Source: Candidatus Kerfeldbacteria bacterium (lineage in GTDB: Bacteria; Patescibacteriota; Patescibacteriia; UBA10025; JAHIVO01). Taken from it: a stretch of 64,000 nucleotides of DNA. Location of the stretch: NCBI GenBank assembly GCA_047946875.1, contig CP181398.1, positions 1,233,329 through 1,297,328 on the forward strand, given 5' to 3'. Made by a program: the position numbers and the translations under genes. The notes under the pieces were generated by a model, which had not been told where the DNA came from, searched no databases, and saw only the letters and a program-made list of their open reading frames with translations. The number at the start of each line of letters is the position of its first letter. Within the stretch, counting starts at the first letter, position 1. Of the stretch, positions 49,739 through 59,300 are shown in pieces.

Positions 49739-50350
49739 ATGGAAATAATAAAAATAAATCCTAATTCTCCAGAGTCAACAAAAATTAAAGAAGCTGCTAA
49801 AGTTATTAAAGAAGGAGGAGTGGTAGTCTACCCCACTGATACAGCTTATGGGTTAGCTGCTGATGCTCTTAATGCAGATGCAATTGGCAAATTGTTTATT
49901 ATTAAACAAAGAATCCAAAAGCCGTTGCCAGTAATAGTAGATTCAGAAAAAATGTTAGAAAAAATAGCAGAAGTTACAACGGAAGAACAAAAGATTATTA
50001 AAAAATATTGGCCGGGGGCTTTAACTCTAATTTTCAAGAAAAAAGATATTATTCAACCTTTTTTGACTTTAGGGTTACCAACGGTAGGTGTAAGAATGCC
50101 TGACTATAAAATTGCTATACAGTTAGTTAAGGAGGCGGGTACTCCTCTGACTTCAACAAGCGCAAATATCAGTGGCAAGGGTAATTGCTATACACCGGAG
50201 TGTGTACAGAGAATGTTTCAGGGAGCTGATAGTCAGCCAGATTTAATTATGGATGCGGGAGAATTGGATGAGGTTCCTGTTTCAACAGTTGCTCAAGTAG
50301 AAGGAAAAAAAGTTAATACATTAAGAGAAGGGCCAGTTAAAATAAAATAG
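49739..50350 (+). CDS. tsaC: L-threonylcarbamoyladenylate synthase (TsaC/Sua5)
   Basis: YPTDTAYGL, KQR..KPL, WPGALT, VGVRMP and TSANISG motifs. Confidence 0.94.
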   Translation: MEIIKINPNSPESTKIKEAAKVIKEGGVVVYPTDTAYGLAADALNADAIGKLFIIKQRIQKPLPVIVDSEKMLEKIAEVTTEEQKIIKKYWPGALTLIFKKKDIIQPFLTLGLPTVGVRMPDYKIAIQLVKEAGTPLTSTSANISGKGNCYTPECVQRMFQGADSQPDLIMDAGELDEVPVSTVAQVEGKKVNTLREGPVKIK

Positions 50351-51541
50351 ATGGAAAAAAAATCAATTCATAAACATTTACATTATTTTTCCAAACATCC
50401 TTCACGTGGTTTAAAAGAATTATATTGGTCAGTTGGATTGATGGACCTTGGCGTAGCAGCGGTAACAATATTTGAGCCAATTTTTTTATTTACTTTAGGA
50501 TATTCCCTGAAAGAAATAATGTTTTTTTATTTGCTGGTGTATCTTGTTTATACATTAATTCTTCCTTTGTTTGGTAAAGTTGTTGCACATTTTGGTTACG
50601 AACATTCAATATTATATAGTCAATTTTTCTTGATTGCTTTTTATGTTTCGTTATTTGCTATTTCATCAATACCTGTTTTCTTTTATATAGCACCATTATT
50701 TTTGGCAATACAAAAAGCACTATATTGGCCTTCATATCATGCTGATTTTACTATCTTTTCTAATGATGAACAGAGAGGAAGGGAGTTGAGTGGCATAGAG
50801 ACTTTAAGTATGATTGTTTATGTAATTGGGCCATTGGCTGGCGGTTTTATATTGGTATGGTCAAATTTTAGCACTTTATTTATTATTGCTTCTGCTCTAT
50901 TTTTACTGTCTGCAATTCCTTTGTTACGTATTAAAGAAATTCATAGTAAACAAAAATTTCAATATAAAGATGTTTTTAAGCATTTGATTGATAAAGATCA
51001 CCGACGCAATTTTATTGCTTTTTTAGGTTTTGGGGAAGAATTAATAGTGCTAACTGTTTGGCCGATATTTATTTATACTCTTATTCAAAACTATGCAAGT
51101 ATTGGTGAAATAGTTGCAGGTGCAACATTGATTACTGGTGGCGTTGTCTTGTTGATTGGGAAAATTTCTGATAAGTATGGACAAATGAAATTATTAAGAT
51201 TAGGTAGTGCCATATATTTTATAAGTTGGATTTTTCGTGCGTTCGCTTCTAAGGGATGGCACATACTAAGTTTAGATACTACATCACGTTTTTCAAAAGA
51301 AATGGTTTTTTTACCGATAGAGTCTATGACTTATAGTGCTGCAAAGAAACTCGGCCCACTATCGCATGGAATTTTTTATGAACAATCTACGGCTATTGCA
51401 AAAGTGTTTGCTGCATCTTTAGCAATAATTGTAATATATTATTTCGTTGATCCGTGGATGCCAATATTTTGTTTAGCTGCTGGATTCTCGTTGTTATATT
51501 TATTTTATAAAAAAAGTAATCCAAAAAATGGACCTAACTGA
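50351..51541 (+). CDS. MFS transporter
   Basis: about 12 TM helices; GKISDKYG motif A and IGPLAGG. Confidence 0.85.
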   Translation: MEKKSIHKHLHYFSKHPSRGLKELYWSVGLMDLGVAAVTIFEPIFLFTLGYSLKEIMFFYLLVYLVYTLILPLFGKVVAHFGYEHSILYSQFFLIAFYVSLFAISSIPVFFYIAPLFLAIQKALYWPSYHADFTIFSNDEQRGRELSGIETLSMIVYVIGPLAGGFILVWSNFSTLFIIASALFLLSAIPLLRIKEIHSKQKFQYKDVFKHLIDKDHRRNFIAFLGFGEELIVLTVWPIFIYTLIQNYASIGEIVAGATLITGGVVLLIGKISDKYGQMKLLRLGSAIYFISWIFRAFASKGWHILSLDTTSRFSKEMVFLPIESMTYSAAKKLGPLSHGIFYEQSTAIAKVFAASLAIIVIYYFVDPWMPIFCLAAGFSLLYLFYKKSNPKNGPN

Positions 51542-52379
51542 ACTTAATACAATCAAATCTTTAGTAAAGCAAAATGATATAAGGCCGACTCGTCAGTCAG
51601 GCCAAAATTTTTTGATATGTAAAGATGTACTAGATAAAATCATTAGAACTTCTGAAATATATCCACAAGAAAAAGTTTTAGAAATAGGTCCAGGCTTTGG
51701 AACATTAACTAACCGATTATTAGAGGCACAAGCATCTGTAACCTCAGTGGAGCTAGATAGAAATTTGGCAAAGTTTTTAAGTAATAATAAATTATTCAAA
51801 AATTTGAATTTAATTAGAGGCGATATTATACATGAGTGGCTAGGTTTGAAAAAAGATTTTAAAAATTTGGATTATAAACTTATTGCAAATTTACCTTATA
51901 GTCTTACATCTTTGATTTTTAGAATGTTTTTGAGTGAGAGACCTAGACCAAAAAAAATAGTAGTGCTAATTCAAAAGGAAGTTGCAGAGAGGATTGTAGC
52001 AGTTCCAGGTAAGATGAGTATGTTATCAATAGCAGTTCAATTTTATGGAGAACCAAAGATAATTGATATAGTGAAACCAGAATGCTTTTGGCCATCACCT
52101 GAAGTGCAATCTGCTATCCTTGAAGTGGATAACATTGGATTGGATACAAAAAAATATAAAAAAATGTTAGGTAATGTAAAAGATGAACAATTCTTTAAAA
52201 TAGCGAAAATCGGTTTTTCAGCAAAACGTAAACAATTACATAATAATCTAGCAAATGGTTTACATAAAAAAAGTGAAGAAATTAAGGCTTTTTTAACCAA
52301 TTTAAACATAAACCCGGCAATCAGGGCTCAAGATCTTACTATAAAACAGTGGATAGATATATCTAAAAATATACAGTAG
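51528..52379 (+). CDS. rsmA: 16S rRNA dimethyladenosine transferase KsgA
   Basis: GQNFL, LEIGPGFG, ANLPY, QKEVAERI and FWPSPEVQS motifs. Confidence 0.96.
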   Translation: MDLTELNTIKSLVKQNDIRPTRQSGQNFLICKDVLDKIIRTSEIYPQEKVLEIGPGFGTLTNRLLEAQASVTSVELDRNLAKFLSNNKLFKNLNLIRGDIIHEWLGLKKDFKNLDYKLIANLPYSLTSLIFRMFLSERPRPKKIVVLIQKEVAERIVAVPGKMSMLSIAVQFYGEPKIIDIVKPECFWPSPEVQSAILEVDNIGLDTKKYKKMLGNVKDEQFFKIAKIGFSAKRKQLHNNLANGLHKKSEEIKAFLTNLNINPAIRAQDLTIKQWIDISKNIQ

Positions 52380-52396
52380 TTTAAGATTTAATATAT

Positions 52397-52425
52397 TTGA
52401 CATTATGGTCTGATTATGATATAAT
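52397..52425 (+). promoter_or_regulatory. consensus sigma70 promoter
   Basis: TTGACA-N17-TATAAT with extended TG. Confidence 0.8.
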
Positions 52426-52445
52426 GGTTTAGTAAATTAGGATAC

Positions 52446-53318
52446 ATGGATCAAAAAAAAATAAATAATACATCTCAAGAAAAAGACCTTTCTAATTCAT
52501 TTTCTTCAACTAGCCGTATCAAAAATTTGATGGCTAATAAAGGAGGATCTGAAAAAAGGCTATTTATTTTATTAATAGCAATTGTAGTTATTGGTGTGCC
52601 ACTTAGTATATGGCAAATTAATAGTCAAATTAATAGTCCATTTGCCCCAAAAAAAATCATTGAAGTTGAAAATATAAATTTCTCTATAGCCGTTGATTAT
52701 CAGTTACCTGTTATGGAAAATTTACGTGATTTAGATACAGATAATGATGGTATTACTGATTATGATGAGCTTTATCGTCATAAGACAAGCCCATATATTG
52801 CTGATAGTGATAGCGATTCGATCTTAGACAAGATAGAGATTGATCAAGGTACTGATCCAAACTGTCCAGAAGGAGCTGTATGTAGTAGAGAGGAAGTACC
52901 AGCGCTAGTTGAAATTAACGATGAATTGGCTGATCAATTAGAAAATATGTCAGTAGATCAGCTAAGGCAGTTAATGATTGATTCAGGTGCACCAGAAGAG
53001 CAAGTTAATAAGATATCTGACGAAGATTTATTGAAAACTTTCCAAGATATATTAGCTGAAGAAGGAGGTACTACTAATACTCAAGAGAACATATTAAATT
53101 TAAATTTAGAAGAAGATAATACAAATACCGCAATAAATCTCGAGACGATAGATTATGAAACACTTTTTAACCTTAATGATAGCGAAATAAGAGCTCTGTT
53201 AATTGAGGGAGGAGTGCCACAAGAGACACTGGAACAGATTGATGATGAATTACTTCGAGAAATATATTTAGAGAGTCTTGGACAAAATTTTGAAGAATTA
53301 TCTCAGCAACAACAATAA
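52446..53318 (+). CDS. membrane-anchored acidic protein with thrombospondin type 3-like Ca-binding repeats
   Basis: one TM, DTDNDGITDYDE...DSDSDSILDKIE..GTDPNC and two LRQLMIDSGAP-like helical repeats. Confidence 0.8.
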   Translation: MDQKKINNTSQEKDLSNSFSSTSRIKNLMANKGGSEKRLFILLIAIVVIGVPLSIWQINSQINSPFAPKKIIEVENINFSIAVDYQLPVMENLRDLDTDNDGITDYDELYRHKTSPYIADSDSDSILDKIEIDQGTDPNCPEGAVCSREEVPALVEINDELADQLENMSVDQLRQLMIDSGAPEEQVNKISDEDLLKTFQDILAEEGGTTNTQENILNLNLEEDNTNTAINLETIDYETLFNLNDSEIRALLIEGGVPQETLEQIDDELLREIYLESLGQNFEELSQQQQ

Positions 53319-53360
53319 ATTAAGCATAGAAATAATATAAATTATATTTGCTACTAGCTT

Positions 53361-56300
53361 ATGTCAAAAGGAAAAAATAAAATAAGTAGCTTTAAAAAGA
53401 AATGGATTTTAGTAGGGGTTCTTGTTTTTTTTGCTATACAACTTTTGATGCCTATTATAGTCATGCCAAAACAAGCTAATGCTGTTTTGGGTGTTGGTGA
53501 TACTACAATTACTTTGGGTGATATTCCTAGATTAATTTGGGATAGTATTTCTAGTGCTATAAAAAAAGCTGGTGCAGTGGCATTTAAAAACGCTGTAAAA
53601 ACTTTTGCAAACAATTTAGCTTATAATGCAGCTACCGGACTAGCAACAGGAGAAAAAGGGGAAAAGCCATTATTTACCACAGAGCCACTAAAAATATTAG
53701 AACAGGCGGCAGATATAGCTGCTGGAGATTTTTTGGATTCTGTGGCTGGGGATTGGTTAGGCAAAGCAAAATGTGCCGGATATTATGGTGAAGATGTTTC
53801 TTGTAAGGATGATCAAGGTTGTCCAACACCAGTTTTAGATTGTACTGCTATAGAAAATTTTACATCATTACAAAAATCAATTTGTTCTGAAGGGGTAGAA
53901 TTTATGGAAGTATGTTTGGCTCAAGGATGTGTAATTGAAGAAATTGAAAATAGAGAAATGTTTAATTTTCTAATGGACATTGGAGTTGTTGGCGTAAATA
54001 ATGAGCCGTATATTGAAGGATCTCCAAAATGTACAAATGATTTTTCTCTTTGTGATCAATCAGATTTATTTAAAGTTAACATTAATATAAAGACTAGAGC
54101 CTCATTAGATCCGGCAACAAAAGATACTATAAGTGGTAAATGTCAGGTAACTGATATTATAGATATAATGGAGCAAAATGTAGATGATGCAAATAATCTT
54201 TGGGAGGATCTAACCAATAAAGAAAAAAATAATTTATATTTACAACAAATAGCTAAAGGATTTAATCCAGAGGTGAGTGAGTTAGGGGCATATATTACTA
54301 TTAGTAATCGAACTAAAGATGAGGCAGCAAAGGCTCAAAAAAACACAGAATTTTCTGAACAGCTAAGTGGTGGTCTGAGTAGTGTTACCTCTAAAATTTC
54401 TGGTGCGGTTAAGACGCCCGGTCCATTGCTCGAGAGTGCGATAAATTCTACATTTAAAACTAGTTTAGATCTACAAAACACTTTTACTGGAGAAATTATT
54501 GCTGATGCTATTGGAACTTTTACAAGTACTTTAGCAAATAAGATGATGGATAAGTACTTTGAAGGTTTAGTAGAGCCAGAGCTTAATAGTGGAGGTGGTA
54601 GTAGTAGTCTTTTAGGAGGTTTACTTGGTGGAGTTAGGTCTGGTATTACTGCAGCAAAATTACTTTTTGCTGATTTGAAACAAGTAAATTATTCAGTTGG
54701 CGGTAATTTGGATATTTTATCGAGTTTAGCAAGTTGTCCTGATACAGAGGATCCTACCCAAGATACATGTGTTATTGATTCTAGATTTTATACTGCTATA
54801 GAACAGCAGTTGACTGTACGCGAGGCTCTTGATGCTGGTCTATTAGATGGTAATAAATTATTTGGCTATGATATCAATGGTAATCAACCAGAATATTATA
54901 ATGGTTATCCTTATAGAAGCTTGGTTATTTTAAGGAAATATAGAGTACTTCCAGTTGGTTGGGAATTAGCTGCTAACTACATGAGAGAGTATGCTCGTGG
55001 TTTTTATAGTTTGAATATTTTAATTGATGAATACGATAATATTGATTCACCATTTTATCATTTAGTTGATCCAAACTGGGTTCTGAAAGCTCCGTCAGTT
55101 TATTGTGAAAGACAGGGTGCTGGAGATAAAATAGAGTATTCTGATGCAATAAGGTCTGAAGATACTAATAAACTTCCAGACAGTGGCATTGATAGTAAAG
55201 ACGCTGCTATCCCAATTGTAACGAGAAATTCTAATTATTGTGCTGATGAACAATTATGTTTAATAGAAAATGACGATGGTTCGTGTAAAAAATATGGTTA
55301 TTGTATAGAAGAAGAACCTATTTGGAAATTTGCTGGGGCAGCTTGTCAAGAAGAATATAGTTCTTGCCAAAGTTTTGGTGAAAATGAAAATTATTTAACC
55401 AACAGTTTAGATTATGGTACTTGTAATTCTGAGAATGCTGGTTGTCAGTGGTATTGTCAGGATTATGATCTTGTATCTGGAGAGTGGCAATGTACCAATC
55501 AAGATCCTCCAGCTGGTGGTAATAAAATAAGTTTTAATGATAACGCAGAAAGTTGTAGTGCGAATGGTGAAGGTTGTAGTGAATATATACCAATAACAAA
55601 TAGCGGAGCAAACTTAGTAAAAAATTCTAATTTTGAGGATTTTGATACAACTGCAGATGTAGCACTAGCTACAGATGGCCTAAGAGATTTAGCTTTACCA
55701 ATCCCTCCGCCATTTGGAGGTACTAGTCTGCCTGACGATTTTGCTGATTGGTCTCATAATTATGTTAATGGTGTTGATCCATGTCAGCAAAGAAGTTTAG
55801 CTTCTTCAGATTCTTTTGGGGGATTAACTGCAGCTAGAATTCATCAATATCCAGCTTGCCCCTCAGGTGATGGTCAATATATGACTCAGCGTTTAGATAC
55901 AGGATATCTCACAGATAATAGAACATTTACTGTTTCATTTTATGCTAAGCGCGCTGAAGGTGGAACTTGTAATGCAACTAATGATAATGTATTAATAGAT
56001 TTTACCAGAAATTTTGCCCCAGCTTCTCCCGGCCCACCACCAATACTAGCAGATGTTCAATATGTTGGTGGTCAGACAGCAAATGTATCCGCTGATTGGA
56101 CCAGATATGCTCTAACATTTAACTTTGATAGTCAGCCTGCTTCACGATGGAATTGGGGAACAACAGCTCTAAATAATCACTATAAGCGTACCTTCATATT
56201 ATTTGTAAGACATAATAGCACAGATTGTGATATTCTTATTGATAATATTCAAGTAGAAGAGGGAGGATTGACCAATTATAAGGCTTATGAAGATTCAAGT

Positions 56301-59300
56301 AAGACATATCTTAAGAAGGCTCCTGAGTACTTAAATTGTACAGGCGGTCCTTTTGATGATCCGTTATGTTTAAATTTTGCTCTTAACTGTTCTGCTGATG
56401 AAGTTGGCTGTCAGAAATTTACATCTACTACTTCAGGTCAGAGTGTTACGGGGACAATCACAAATATAGGTATTTGTAATCCGAATGATCCATCTTCTTG
56501 TGACCAATGTCCTCTTGAGTTTGTCGGCTGTCAGGCTTATCGTGAATTAGCTACCGAGAATGTACCATATAGACCTGCTGTGGATCCAGTATCATTTGTT
56601 CAGGAGACTGGTTTGAGTTGTCCTGCTTCTGCTGTCGGATGTGAAGAATATACAAATTTAGAAGAAATTGCCGCCGGTGGTGAAGGTAGAGAATATTATA
56701 GTTGGATCAAGCAATGTGTTGAAGAAAGTGATCCGAATGTATCTACATACTATACTTGGGAAGGTTCGGAAGAATTTGGATATCAATTAAAAGATTATCA
56801 GTTGAAGACAAGTAATGTAGCAGATCCAGATATTTTAGGACCACCACTGAACACTACTAAATATGGTCCGTGTACTAATATGGCACCAGAAGATCCTTAT
56901 TTAGATACACTTGGACTAGGTTGGAATACATGTATTGATGATGAAGTCGTTGATAGGAATGGTGATGGAATTATTGATGAGACTTATGATATGCAGGTAT
57001 GTACTTTAGCTGAGGTAGGTGTTGACCCTGATTGTGCAGAATTTATTGATGAGGAAGGATATAGATTCTATCGTCTTAAATCAAAAGTTATTTATACTTC
57101 ATCAAATTGCAAAGTTTATCGTAATAGTTTAGATAGTGGAGCTACATGTCAGGCAGGTTTTTGTACAAATAATAATTCTATTTGTGCTACTGATTCGACA
57201 TGTACTGATATTTTATATCACATGATTCCTAATCAGGGTAATTCATGTTCAGCGCAATACGCAGGATGTCGGGCGTATAAAGGTAATGCTGGGGATAATA
57301 GCCATGTCATTTATAGTTATAATTTTGAATCTGGCGATTTGGATACTTGGAATTCTGGAGTACCAGCAAATCCTACGTTACTGAGTAATGAGTCAGTTAA
57401 TTTTGGTGGACATTCAATGTTATTTTTTGACGCTGCATATTATCGATGGTTAACTGCAGCAAATGAGTTGTTACCGATCAAAGGAAATTCTTATAATTTA
57501 TCTTTTTGGGCCAAGGCAGGCACGAGTGATTCTATAATAGAGGCTTCTTTCGGACAGATGGGATTTACTAAGAAATTTGAAGGGTCAGCGGTGGCTAGGG
57601 TCGGTGAGTGGAATCAATACGAGGTAGGACCATTATATGTTGATTGGGATGTTCTGCCAAATTCTATATCCATGTTTTTCGAAACCACAGGTTCGGTTTA
57701 TATTGATAATATACAACTTTCAGAAATTGTAGATAATATTTATAAGGTCAAAGATTCATACACCAGATGTGATGGATATGAAAATTGTGATCAGTATACT
57801 GACATACCGGGTGCTACTCATTATCTAAAATCATTTTCATCCCTCTGTGGTGAAGATAAGATTGGTTGTGAAGCAATGATTGATACAAAAAATAGTTCTA
57901 CTCCAGGAGAATTAGAATATGAGGTGGCAGCTGGAGTGCTAAAATATATACCAAAAGATACCACAATAACATTAGTTAATGATCCAAATAAGAGATGCTC
58001 GGCCGGTGAAAAAGGCTGTGAATGGTTGGGAGTGCCAACTATTAATTCTGTTGGGAATGTTAGCTCTTTTGATGATGCATATATAAAAAACGATCCAGAT
58101 AAATATGATACGGATTTATGTTTATTTGAAGAGAGTGGGTGTAAAGAATATATAACTCCAGAAGGATCTAAATATTATTTCAAAGATCCAACTTCAAATA
58201 TTTGTGAATATAAGAGAGTTGCTGGTCAATCAAAATCTGGTTGGTATCAAAATGAAACAAATGTTGGTGAGCCTGATTGTCCTGTGACTGTGGGTGTATG
58301 TAAAAATAGTCCAATAAGTGATGAAGGCAAAGCTTGTGGTACTGATTTGGATTGTGATGATGGAGCTGGTTTTTGTGCAATAGGTTATTGTGAAGATAAT
58401 ACTACGTTGTGTTCTGACAACGGAATGTGTGTTGGTGATTGTATTCCTTCGTTTAATGTTGTCCCACAACCAAATGGAGAATGGGCTGGTGTTTGTCCAA
58501 TAACAGCTTCTACATGTACAGAATATCGTGATCCAGAAAAACCATTTTTTTATGACTCAGCTACTCCAGGTGATATTACTTATTGTGATGTTACTTTAGC
58601 AGATGGTGGTAGCGATGGAGATAATACATATGACTGTGATTCATACTATTATTTATCAAATGAAATTGATGAGGCTTCATGTAATGGCTTGGTAGACAGA
58701 GAAGAAGGATGTTTGTTGTTTAATAACACGGCAGCAGAAAATCTAATATTCTATGCAGATGACACAAAGAACGGTACAGCTCCAGAAGTTTGCGATATAA
58801 CCACCGTACCACCGGAAGAATGTGACTCTAATATTATTATAAAAGTAAATAAAGATAGAGTGTGTGGCCGTTGGATCGACTGTGAAACTTCTATTCCACC
58901 TACTGATGGGTCTAGTAATAGTTTGTGTACTGAAATTAATATTTGTGAGAAAATGGATAGTCTATCAACAAATTGTATTAAATGGGATGGAAAAGCTTCC
59001 GATATTAATCAAACTTACGATACACCAGCCTTTGTAGATAAAATTAAAAATTATTCTGGATTAGTGTTGGCTGGTCTTGATTGGGATAAGCGATGTACTA
59101 ATGATACAAATAAGGTTTGTTTAGTTGACACTGATTGTGGTACTTTGCCAGCACATAAATGTTCGGATCCTCAAATTTACGAAGGAAGCTTGCCAACAGC
59201 GTTGATGTCTCAGGTTGGTTCAGCTGCGTTTAATGGTAACTTGATACCAGATGGAGATTTTGGTGATAGTAATTATAAACTTAACCAAAAATTAAGCTGT